A stretch of 64,000 bases of DNA from Candidatus Multivoradales bacterium (GTDB lineage: Bacteria > Acidobacteriota > Thermoanaerobaculia > Multivoradales > Multivoraceae), in contig CBDCWI010000002.1 of assembly GCA_965223325.1 (NCBI GenBank), positions 2,176,001 through 2,240,000 of the forward strand. The letters are read 5' to 3'. The translations under genes and the position numbers were made by a program. The first letter of the stretch is position 1, and each line of letters starts with the position of its first letter. Positions 49,589-60,803 of the stretch are shown here, piece after piece. Below the pieces are notes generated by a model. That model did not search any database. It saw nothing but the letters and a program-made list of their open reading frames with translations, and was not told where the DNA came from.

Positions 49589-51969
49589 AGAAACCACGCT
49601 CCAGGCGTGCATCAGGCACGCGTTCACTCTTGCTGGCAGTCTTCTCAGCCGTCCTCGTCCTGGTCGCAGGCGGTGCACCAGCCAGCGCGCAGATCGTCGA
49701 GGAAGATCTGCCGATGGGCGACAGTTCCTCGTCGCTCGATCCGGTCCTGGCCGAAGACATCCAGCACGCCCGCACGCTGCTCGCCAGCGACCGCACCGCC
49801 GCCCTGACGGGGCTCGACGACGTCATCGCGCGGCTCGAAGACACGATGAATCAGGGCGCAACCAGCAAGATCGTCAACGACGCCCGTCGCGAACTGGCGC
49901 GGAGTCTCGGTGAGCGAGCAGCGCTTCGTCTCCTGACCGGCGATCGAGCCAACGGGCAGGCCGACCTCGAGCTCCTGGCGCGCGTCGAACCGAACCACAT
50001 CCCGCAGTTGGCAACTCTTGGCATGACCGACGCTGAACAGGTGACCTTTCAGCAGGCATGGCAAGCGGCACGTCAGAAGATGACCGCCGGCGTCGAGCTG
50101 CGGCTCCAGCCCGCGGAAGCGCGCGACTCCAGAGTCATCGCCATCAAACGACCCGCGACCAACCCCGATGGCAGCGTCGCTCCCACCGGCCTCGGCACCT
50201 CCGAAGTCGTCTTGACCGCTGGCGCCGATGCGGTTGCGATGGGCCGGCTCACCCCCGGCAGCTGGACGATCACCGTCGAGCGCCCGGGCTTTGCCGGTGC
50301 ACGCCAGGATCTCACCCTCGAAGCCGGCCAGCAGCGCACCTTCGAGGTACCGCTCCAACGAACCAGTGCCACCATCGCTCTCCACACCGCCCCGCCCGGC
50401 GCCGAGGTCATCGTCGACGGCTACGCCGCCGGGCGCACCGGCGGTCGCGCCGAGCCCGACTTCGTACCCACCGGGGCCGCCGCCAACCGACCGGCGAGTG
50501 ACTTCTCGGAGCGTCTCTGGCTCGACGGTCTCGGTGTAGGAGCCCACGAGCTCGAGATCCGCCTCGAGGGCTACCGGCCCCATCGCGTGCGAGTCAACGT
50601 CGCCGAACTGCGGGACTACGCCATGGCACCGGTGGCACTCGAAGAAGAGCTCGCCAGCCTGATCCTGGTCGGCCTGCCGCCCGGAGCACGCGTCAAGCTC
50701 GACGGCCGGGGCGCTTTGCCGATTACCCTCGACGACGGCACCTCGGCTGTCCAGGTAGCACCCGGCACCTACCGGCTCGAGGTCGCCCAGCCCGGCCTCG
50801 GCATGTTCGAGTCCGAGGTGCAGATCGGCGACGGTCAGGAAGTCGTCGTCCAGGTCGAGATGCGCCCGGCACTGGTCCTGGTCGGGATTCTCGGCGGCGA
50901 TGGGCGCGCGTCGGCTGCTCTTAGAAGAACGCTCAGTGAGGAACTCACTCGTCGCGGCAACTGGACGTTGATCGATCGCACCGATCAGGGCGCGCGCGTG
51001 GTCGCACAGGCTGGTCTCAGCGCCGAACGCCTGAGAGAAGACGCCACCGCCGCGCGGCGCGACGAAAGCAGCATCGACTGGAAAGAGGTGCAGCGGCTCT
51101 CCGACGATCTCGTGCCAGGTTCGCTCTACATCGTCGCCGCACTCGATGACGATCTGCTCGCCAAGGATGCGTTCCTGTGGTTCTGGCCGTCGGCTCCCGG
51201 GCCCTCGCAACCCGATCAGCGCCGGCTGACGATCGCCAGTCCGGAGAGCTACATCGAGCTCGCCGAGGCCCTCAACCCGACGCTCGCATCGCGCTCGGTG
51301 TCCTTTGGAGCCCGCTTCATCGATTCGGGCGCCGCCCCCGCACCGGTCGTGGTTGCCATCGCCCCCGGCAGCCCTGCCGAAGTTGCGGGCCTGCAGATCG
51401 GTGATGAGCTGACCGCGATTGGCAGCCAGCCCATCTTCACCACCCGCGAGCTCGAGGAGAAGCTGCGCTCGCTCGGTGACAGCGAGCCCATTCAGCTCGA
51501 GCTGCGGCGACCTGGCAGCGGCGGAAGCCTCGGGGCGACTCGTCGGGTCGAAGCTTCGCTTCAGCCGGGCCTGGCGACGATCGGCGTCGCCGACCCCGAC
51601 ATGGTCAACGCCGCAGTGGCCGCTGAAGTGCTTGCGGCGCTCCAGAAAGAGTCGGCCGAGGCACCGCGCTGGCTCCTCTCCCTTGACCGAGCGCTCCTTC
51701 ACATGCGCGCTCGTGAGTGGGACCAGGCCGTCGAGATTCTGCGTGGCATCCAGGCGCCGCGCACGCGCGGTCTCGGCCAGGCAACCGTCGACTACTCGCT
51801 GGGCATTGCGCTCGCCAACGCTGGACCTCGCTACTGGGATCGGGCGCGCGACGCCTTTAGCCGAGCGGCTGCGGCCACCAGCGAACGCCTGCTCGCTGAC
51901 GACGGGCCGTTCATCGCACCGCGCGCCCGCGCTCGCCTACGCGCCCTGGGTGGCGACGGCGGGCGCTAG
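49585..51969 (+). CDS. secreted PEGA plus PDZ domain protein with TPR-like ends
   Basis: TAPPGAEVIVDG and LPPGARVKLDG (PEGA); PGSPAEVAGLQIGD (PDZ); ATGA overlap with previous gene. Confidence 0.82.
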   Translation: MKKPRSRRASGTRSLLLAVFSAVLVLVAGGAPASAQIVEEDLPMGDSSSSLDPVLAEDIQHARTLLASDRTAALTGLDDVIARLEDTMNQGATSKIVNDARRELARSLGERAALRLLTGDRANGQADLELLARVEPNHIPQLATLGMTDAEQVTFQQAWQAARQKMTAGVELRLQPAEARDSRVIAIKRPATNPDGSVAPTGLGTSEVVLTAGADAVAMGRLTPGSWTITVERPGFAGARQDLTLEAGQQRTFEVPLQRTSATIALHTAPPGAEVIVDGYAAGRTGGRAEPDFVPTGAAANRPASDFSERLWLDGLGVGAHELEIRLEGYRPHRVRVNVAELRDYAMAPVALEEELASLILVGLPPGARVKLDGRGALPITLDDGTSAVQVAPGTYRLEVAQPGLGMFESEVQIGDGQEVVVQVEMRPALVLVGILGGDGRASAALRRTLSEELTRRGNWTLIDRTDQGARVVAQAGLSAERLREDATAARRDESSIDWKEVQRLSDDLVPGSLYIVAALDDDLLAKDAFLWFWPSAPGPSQPDQRRLTIASPESYIELAEALNPTLASRSVSFGARFIDSGAAPAPVVVAIAPGSPAEVAGLQIGDELTAIGSQPIFTTRELEEKLRSLGDSEPIQLELRRPGSGGSLGATRRVEASLQPGLATIGVADPDMVNAAVAAEVLAALQKESAEAPRWLLSLDRALLHMRAREWDQAVEILRGIQAPRTRGLGQATVDYSLGIALANAGPRYWDRARDAFSRAAAATSERLLADDGPFIAPRARARLRALGGDGGR

Positions 51970-51985
51970 AGGCTCAGGTTCAGTT

Positions 51986-53089
51986 TCAGGAACGCTCGAC
52001 CCAGGTCACGACGCGCTCGGCCGTCCAGGGAGCAAGTAGGACACCGTTGCGGAAATGGCCGGTGGCTGCCATGACGCTTTCACCGACTTCGCGCACGATC
52101 GGGTGACCGTCGGTTCCGGGCCGCAGGCCGGCCCAGTGCTCATTGGGGGCCTGGCCGTCGAGCCGCGGAAAGGTCTCGTGCGCCCACGCTTCGAGCACCT
52201 CGAGCCCCTCGTCCGTCGGTGAGTCGTCGTAGCCAGCCTCTTCCATCGTTGCACCGACCAACAGACGCCCACCCTCACGGCCGACCGCATAGAAGGGACC
52301 GCGGCGCACCGAGCCCCGCCAGGTCCACCAGTCGAGATCGCTCCAGGCGATCATCTGGCCGCGGACCGGATGCACTGGCAGAGTCGGAACACCCTCGATG
52401 GCTGCGCTCCAGGCACCGGCAGCCAGAACGACCCGGTCGGCGGTGGTTTCGCGGGTTGCGGTGTCTGCGTGCTCAGCCGTGACCGCCGCCGGCGCCCCCG
52501 GTGCCACCGACACGACCCGCGCACCGTAGACGACGGTGCCGCCGAGTTTCTCGAAGGCCGCATAGAGGGCGTGCATCACGAGCCGGTTGTCGACCTTCCA
52601 GTCGCCCTCGAGCAACAACCCCCCCTCGAGTCCTTCTGGCCCGGTTCCCAGGCGGTCGCGCACCTCCTGCGCCGACAACCAGCGCGAGGGTTCATCGCAG
52701 GTACCGGCAAGCGCCGAAACTGCGTTGGCAAAGACGCGCGTCTGCGAACAGGCAACCGGCAGGATGGCTCCCCTGCGGTCGAAGTCGACATCGATTCCAG
52801 TCGCCGCTTCGAGTGCTTCGACAATGCCTGGCCAGAGGTCGCGTGAACGAGTCGCCCAGGAAAAGAACTCCTGGTCAGAAGCCACCTCACCCAACGGCGC
52901 CAACATGCCGGCGCCGTTCCACGACGAAGCCGGCCCAAGCAGTTCCTGCGGTGTTTCTGGCTGTGGACAGGCCGGCCGCTTCTCGAGCACCGTGACTTCA
53001 TGGCCACGTTGCCTGAGCTCCCAAGCCGCCATCATGCCGATGAGTCCGCCACCGACGATGACGATGCGCATTGAATCGCTGGTCATCAA
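51986..53089 (-). CDS. thiO: FAD-dependent glycine oxidase (ThiO/DAO family)
   Basis: IVGGGLIG, AS..GAGMLAP, PVRGQ, VGATME, WAGLRP, ATGHFRNGVLLAP. Confidence 0.75.
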   Translation of the reverse strand: MMTSDSMRIVIVGGGLIGMMAAWELRQRGHEVTVLEKRPACPQPETPQELLGPASSWNGAGMLAPLGEVASDQEFFSWATRSRDLWPGIVEALEAATGIDVDFDRRGAILPVACSQTRVFANAVSALAGTCDEPSRWLSAQEVRDRLGTGPEGLEGGLLLEGDWKVDNRLVMHALYAAFEKLGGTVVYGARVVSVAPGAPAAVTAEHADTATRETTADRVVLAAGAWSAAIEGVPTLPVHPVRGQMIAWSDLDWWTWRGSVRRGPFYAVGREGGRLLVGATMEEAGYDDSPTDEGLEVLEAWAHETFPRLDGQAPNEHWAGLRPGTDGHPIVREVGESVMAATGHFRNGVLLAPWTAERVVTWVERS

Positions 53090-53251
53090 CAGCGAGACTA
53101 CCGGACTTCATGGCCCCGCGAGGTGTGATTCGTCGTTCTATAATCCCGCCTGCGCTGGCTTCGATGTCGATGCAGGCGACCTCAGGCTGAACCTCCAAAA
53201 CCATTCCGGGACCCGGAGCCTGCCCAACCGAAACGAGAGAGAATCAGGGAT

Positions 53252-53509
53252 ATGACCCACATCATCATGGAACCTTGCGTGGGAGTGAAAGACACCTCGT
53301 GTGTCGACGTCTGCCCGGTCGACTGCATCTACGGCAAAGACGACGAAGAACTCGACATGCTCTACATCCATCCCGAAGAGTGCATCGACTGCGGACTGTG
53401 CGTTGACGCCTGCCCGGTCCAGGCGATCGTGCCGGCCGAAGAAGTGCCATCCAAGTGGGAGGAGTACATCGCCAAGAACTACACCCACTTCGGCCTCGAA
53501 GCTCCCTAG
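53252..53509 (+). CDS. 7Fe/8Fe dicluster ferredoxin (FdxA-like)
   Basis: C...KDTSCVDVCPVDCI, CIDCGLCVDACP. Confidence 0.95.
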   Translation: MTHIIMEPCVGVKDTSCVDVCPVDCIYGKDDEELDMLYIHPEECIDCGLCVDACPVQAIVPAEEVPSKWEEYIAKNYTHFGLEAP

Positions 53510-53530
53510 CGTCTTACACCAGCGCGCGTT

Positions 53531-53568
53531 CCAGAAAACCCCCTCCCGCCTTGCGAGGGGGTTTCTGG
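53531..53568. terminator. probable bidirectional intrinsic terminator
   Basis: CCAGAAAACCCCCTC-ccgccttgc-GAGGGGGTTTCTGG between convergent genes. Confidence 0.75.
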
Positions 53569-53609
53569 CGTCTTGGGGTGCGCGGCCCCTCTGCTACTCG
53601 ACCGATCAG

Positions 53610-54548
53610 TCAGCGGAGAGGCGATTCACCGGTGGCGTCCGGCAGTCGCTTCCCCAGCAGCTCCGCCAAACGACGCGCAGCGCCATCGCCGCACGCTAGA
53701 AAGAGCTGTGGTTCGATCAACTCCAGTTCCATCAAGAGAAACCGGCCCGCCCGTTCACTCGGCCGAGAGCCATCAGCCACCACGCCGTCGACCCGGGCAT
53801 AGAGCGGCTCCGTTCCGAGCCGCGCCGCTGCCTGTGTCAGGGCCACCCGGGCCTGTTCGAGCAAGTCGTTGGAGGGTCGCTCTCTGACCGCGCGACCGCC
53901 GAAGTCCGACTGCACCCGAAAGTCGCCCTGGACTGCCTCTTTTCGCACCGCGTGGGAGAACTCACCGCCAAGAAAGATCAAGGACCACTCGCCGTCCTCC
54001 AGGATCTCGCCGAGCAGCGGTTGGACGAGGAGAAGACGATCGCTCTCGAGGTCACGCTCGACGGCTTGCAGGCTCTCGAGCGCAGATTGCAACCGCACTC
54101 TGTCCACGGCGCTCTGGCGCACCGTGCGGTGAGCGGTCGCCGCGACTTCGGGTTTGATCACCACCTCGTTCCAGCCGTGCTCCTCGAGCACCTGACCGGC
54201 ATCGATTTCGGCATCGACCGGCACCCAGACGGTCGGCACGATCGCAACTCCGGCCTTCTCGAGATCGCGCAGGTAGCGCTTCCTGAGGTTCCAGCGCAGG
54301 GCCGGCAGCGGATTGACCACCGGGATCGCCGCCGCTTCGAGCGCCGCCAACCAGTCCTCGAACTCGGCCAGACGCTGGTGGTAGTCCCAGGTCGAGCGCA
54401 CCACCACCAGATCGGCATGCCGCCACCCTGGCTGGTCCCAGGGCCCCACCTCGACCCTGATCGAGGCCGGAAAGTGCCCGAGAAGCAGCTCATCGTCGGG
54501 ATCTAGAGACGGTTTCTGGGCACAGGTTGCAAGGAATATCGTCGCCAT
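53610..54548 (-). CDS. RimK/glutathione synthetase-like ATP-grasp protein
   Basis: VRSTWDY, WN..K.YL, VIKP, GEWSL, DFRVQ..FGG, YARVD, LMELELIEP.LF. Confidence 0.88.
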   Translation of the reverse strand: MATIFLATCAQKPSLDPDDELLLGHFPASIRVEVGPWDQPGWRHADLVVVRSTWDYHQRLAEFEDWLAALEAAAIPVVNPLPALRWNLRKRYLRDLEKAGVAIVPTVWVPVDAEIDAGQVLEEHGWNEVVIKPEVAATAHRTVRQSAVDRVRLQSALESLQAVERDLESDRLLLVQPLLGEILEDGEWSLIFLGGEFSHAVRKEAVQGDFRVQSDFGGRAVRERPSNDLLEQARVALTQAAARLGTEPLYARVDGVVADGSRPSERAGRFLLMELELIEPQLFLACGDGAARRLAELLGKRLPDATGESPLR

Positions 54549-54584
54549 GGAATACAATATCTGCGTCAACCGTTGTCAAATACA

Positions 54585-54614
54585 CTTGATAGTGATGGAC
54601 TTAGATCCTACAAT
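54585..54614 (+). promoter_or_regulatory. sigma70 promoter for cbpA-clpB overlapped by a degenerate HAIR-like motif
   Basis: TTGATA-17nt-TACAAT (54586-54614); CTTGATA-N7-ACTTAGA versus HAIR consensus CTTGAGT-N7-ACTCAAG. Confidence 0.6.
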
Positions 54615-54684
54615 CGAGGCCGTGAAGACTTCTTAACGGCACACCCCCCAGAGGCTTCCTGCTCGAGGGGCGTCGGAGCACGCA

Positions 54685-55692
54685 TTGGAATACAAGGACT
54701 ACTACAAGATCCTCGGGGTCGGCCGCAAGGCGACGACTCAGGAGATTCAGAAGGCGTATCGCAAGTTGGCGCGTAAGTACCACCCCGACGTCAACAAAGA
54801 TCCGGCGGCCGAGGTGCGCTTCAAAGAGATCGGCGAGGCCTACGAAGTCCTCAAAGACGACGACAAACGCGAGCGCTACGACCGCTATGGGAGCGCCTGG
54901 AAGCAAGCGCAGAAAACCGGCTCGCCGCCACCGGGGTGGGAGAACATGGTCTTCGACTTCGGCGACCTCGGCGGTATGGGCGGCGGCCAGGGCCGGCGCG
55001 GTGGGCGCGTGCAGTTCGACATGGGCGGTGACGGAGACGGCTTCAGCTCGTTCTTCGACATGCTGTTTGGCAACCGCGGGCGGAATCCGTCGGCCACCTG
55101 GCAGACCCGCGGCGCGAGTGGACGCCGCGGCGGCCGCGGCCGCGACCGGGAAACCAGCCTGGCGCTTTCGCTCGAGGACCTCGCCAGCGGCGGCAGTCGC
55201 CGCATCGAACTGACCGACCCCAACGACGGCTCGTCACGCACTCTCGACGTCACGATCCCTCAGGGCTTGAGGGCCGGCAAGAAGATCCGCCTCTCCGGCC
55301 AGGGAGAACCGGGCCCGGGCGGGGCGGGCGACCTCTTCCTCACGGTTGATATCGCCAAACATCGCAACTTCCGCCTCGAAGGCGACGACCTCTACACCAC
55401 CCTCGAAGTCACGCCCTGGGAAGCCGCCCTCGGAGCCCGGGTTCCCGTCCACACCCTGAACGGCGAGATCATGATCCAGCTGCCCCCCGGGTCGTCGTCG
55501 GGGCGAAAGATCCGCCTGCGCGGAAAGGGTATGCCGTGGCGCGAAGGAACCGCCGACCTGTTCGCCGAAGTGCGCATCGTGGTGCCGGAAGAGCTCACCG
55601 AAGAGCAACGCGCACTCTACGTCGATCTCGCAGCTCTCGACGGCGCTGAGCTCGAGCCCGAAGAAGAAAAACACCAGCAGACCACCTCGTAG
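54685..55692 (+). CDS. cbpA: class II DnaJ / curved DNA-binding protein
   Basis: EYKDYY..LGV, HPD motif, G/F region, no Zn finger, PWEAALG; TTG start. Confidence 0.85.
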   Translation: MEYKDYYKILGVGRKATTQEIQKAYRKLARKYHPDVNKDPAAEVRFKEIGEAYEVLKDDDKRERYDRYGSAWKQAQKTGSPPPGWENMVFDFGDLGGMGGGQGRRGGRVQFDMGGDGDGFSSFFDMLFGNRGRNPSATWQTRGASGRRGGRGRDRETSLALSLEDLASGGSRRIELTDPNDGSSRTLDVTIPQGLRAGKKIRLSGQGEPGPGGAGDLFLTVDIAKHRNFRLEGDDLYTTLEVTPWEAALGARVPVHTLNGEIMIQLPPGSSSGRKIRLRGKGMPWREGTADLFAEVRIVVPEELTEEQRALYVDLAALDGAELEPEEEKHQQTTS

Positions 55693-55741
55693 CTTTCGTC
55701 GCTCCAGCGACGAGCTTTCCCGATAGGAGACCGCACCAGCC

Positions 55742-58371
<2,630 letters not shown>

Positions 58372-58375
<4 letters not shown>

Positions 58376-58537
58376 CACCCCGTACCATTGAAACGGATAG
58401 TGGCTGAGCGGATGATCGTGCTCGAGATCAAGGCGTCACGACAGAGGCATATTGGTGATCTGTCGAGGAGTGACAACACAGAGATCGAGCGCGAGGACCG
58501 CGCAGACGCTGTGCGTTTCAATGGTACGGGGTACTAG
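58372..58537. mobile_element. 166-bp MITE, copy 2
   Basis: Near-identical to 20140-20305, same orientation; left CTAG contains the clpB stop. Confidence 0.88.
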
Positions 58538-58542
58538 CACCC

Positions 58543-59379
58543 TCAGGCCGCGATGGCGACCGAGGCCGGGCGGTGCTTCTCATACTGCGCCAGCACCCAG
58601 GCATGCCCGGGGTGCTCCCGCCAACGGCTCAAGTACTCCTCCACCCGTCGTGGAATGGGCTTTGGCCGCTCCATGTCGGGGTGGGCGGGACCCACGAGCG
58701 GCGCTAGAAGCGACGCACAGCACAGGTCTGCCAACGTAAAGTCGTCCCCGACCAGCTGACCGGTGCCCGAGCTCTCGCGCGCAACGAAGTCGAAGCCCGC
58801 CTCCGCCGCGCGGTTGGCCGCGTCGACCACTTTCGGGTCATCGAGTGAGTAGGCCTTACGAATCATCGTTCTGGCGACCGGAAAGGTGGCGCGATAGAGC
58901 CAGCGCACTAGTGCAGTCTTGCGACGCGAGAAGATCGAGGTCATGAACCGGGGCTCGTACTGGGTGACTGCGAACATCGCCGAGCGGGTCGCCGGGCCGA
59001 CCGCGTGATCGAACTGTTCCTGGATCTCACGGCAGCGATCCGCGGCCGCAGGATCCTCGGGAAGGAGCGAGCGCCCCGCAAAGTCGGTCTCCAATCGCTC
59101 GATGATGCGCGCCGAGCCGAAGGTGATCTCGCCGCGATGTTCGATCACCGGCGTGGCCGTTTGCCCGGTCAGCGCTCGAATCTTCGCCGCGTGGGGCCCG
59201 GGCAGGTAGCTCTTGCGAACGTGCGGGATTCCCTTCCAGTCGAGAGCCCAACGCACCTTCTCATTGAAGTGAGAGCTCTCGAACTGGTGCAGAATCAGCT
59301 GCGAACCGTGGTCGGCCTCGAGAACGGCGTCGTCGTTGGTGGCTCGTGCCGGCATGGAACGGGCGGCGGCTGAGGTCAT
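58543..59379 (-). CDS. glutathione S-transferase family protein
   Basis: SHFNEKVRWALDWKG, LTGQ..TP, LVGDDFTLADL; GAGGAGG RBS. Confidence 0.88.
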   Translation of the reverse strand: MTSAAARSMPARATNDDAVLEADHGSQLILHQFESSHFNEKVRWALDWKGIPHVRKSYLPGPHAAKIRALTGQTATPVIEHRGEITFGSARIIERLETDFAGRSLLPEDPAAADRCREIQEQFDHAVGPATRSAMFAVTQYEPRFMTSIFSRRKTALVRWLYRATFPVARTMIRKAYSLDDPKVVDAANRAAEAGFDFVARESSGTGQLVGDDFTLADLCCASLLAPLVGPAHPDMERPKPIPRRVEEYLSRWREHPGHAWVLAQYEKHRPASVAIAA

Positions 59380-59552
59380 GGAACCCTCCTCTCGTCGAAC
59401 AGCTTGACCGCCAAACAGGCGCCGGGTCAAGAAGCGTGCGGAACGTTGCCACCGCGCCACCGGGACTCGCCTGGAACGCTAGACTCCCGCGCAAGGAGCC
59501 GTCCCCACAGAACTTCTTCGCCCAACGGCGAAGCACAAAGGACACACAGAAC

Positions 59553-60788
59553 ATGCGCCTTCTCGCCTTCTCGGGCACTCGCTACGCGGCGGATGCCGGC
59601 GACCTTCAAGACCTGGCTGCGCCACCGTTCGATCAGATCGACAACGAACTGAGAGATCAGCTGCAGGGTGCCTCGGCGCACCAGTTCGCCCACCTCACCC
59701 GTCCCATTCCCGGTCCTGAAGGCGACCCCCATCGGCACGCGGCCGCGGTCTACGAAAGGTGGAAGGCAAAGGGAGTGCTGGCGGTCGACGAGCAACCGTC
59801 GCTCTACCCATACGCGATCGAACTGCCGGACCACTCCCAGCGCCTCGGCCTCTGCGGGCTGGTCGGTGTCGAGCCGGGATCGGAGGGCGGCCTGCGACCG
59901 CACGAGCTGACGGTTGCCAAACCCCTCGCCGACCGTCTGGCACTCCTCGAGACGCTGCGCGTCGATCTCGAACCCGTGATGTACATCGTCGAGGATGACG
60001 GCAGCCTCGACGCGATGATCGCCGCCGACGTCACCGCCGAACCGCTCGGCTCGCATCGCGACACCCACGGCAACACACACCGCATCTACCGCACCGCCGA
60101 TCCGGAGCGCATCGCCGCCTATCAAAAGCTCCTGGCACCGGCCTCGTCCGTCATTGCGGACGGGCATCACCGCACCAAGACTGCACAGCTCTTTGCGCGC
60201 AAGCACAGCCCAGGCCTGGAAACGGCAGCTTCGGCCAAGATGGCGGTGATGATCTCACTGGCCTCTGAGGCCCTCGCTATCGACCCCATCCACCGAGCGG
60301 TTTGTATCGACGTCGACCTGAAAGCCCTGGCGGCGATCCCCGCGACCCGCACGTCGCTGGCTAGACAATGCGGCCCGGAGATCGCAGCAGCCGTCGCCGC
60401 AGCACCGCAACCAGCGCTCGCTCTCTGGCCGCGTGGAGGCGAACCGACGCTCCTGGTTCTCGACGGGTCAGCAGCTCCTGCCGGAATGCCAGGGAACGAC
60501 ACCCACCTACCAGTCGTGCTCCTGCACTATTGGCTGCTTCCCGCCGCCGGCCTGCCAATTGAAACCGCTACCGACGGATCGATCCTCTACCGTTCCGACC
60601 CGGAAACCCTCGGTGAAATGGCGGCCGACGGCAGCTGCCAGCTGGCGGTCTGGCTGCCGCCGATGAGTCCGGCGAGCTTCGCCGCCGCCACCGCCGGCGG
60701 TCAGGTGTTGCCGGCCAAGTCGACACGTTTTCTGCCCAAGGTGGCCTCGGGCCTGGTGTGGTCAGAGCACACAACGCAGGTTCTCTAG
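59553..60788 (+). CDS. DUF1015 family protein
   Basis: APPFD, RPHE.T, DRL.LL, IADGHHR, PIHR, LPAKSTRF.PK..SGL. Confidence 0.88.
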   Translation: MRLLAFSGTRYAADAGDLQDLAAPPFDQIDNELRDQLQGASAHQFAHLTRPIPGPEGDPHRHAAAVYERWKAKGVLAVDEQPSLYPYAIELPDHSQRLGLCGLVGVEPGSEGGLRPHELTVAKPLADRLALLETLRVDLEPVMYIVEDDGSLDAMIAADVTAEPLGSHRDTHGNTHRIYRTADPERIAAYQKLLAPASSVIADGHHRTKTAQLFARKHSPGLETAASAKMAVMISLASEALAIDPIHRAVCIDVDLKALAAIPATRTSLARQCGPEIAAAVAAAPQPALALWPRGGEPTLLVLDGSAAPAGMPGNDTHLPVVLLHYWLLPAAGLPIETATDGSILYRSDPETLGEMAADGSCQLAVWLPPMSPASFAAATAGGQVLPAKSTRFLPKVASGLVWSEHTTQVL

Positions 60789-60803
60789 GCAGACACCCAC
60801 AAA

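Noticed and set aside
49645-51702. 685-aa antisense ORF, and similar long shadow ORFs (16345-17688, 36377-37870, 61971-63140)
   Set aside because: They lie antisense to well-supported genes, carry no motifs, and are expected from GC-rich codon bias.
51986-53089. Thiamine biosynthesis operon or TPP riboswitch around the thiO-like gene
   Set aside because: No thiS, thiG or thiE nearby and no TPP aptamer motif seen upstream, so the thiO role is tentative.
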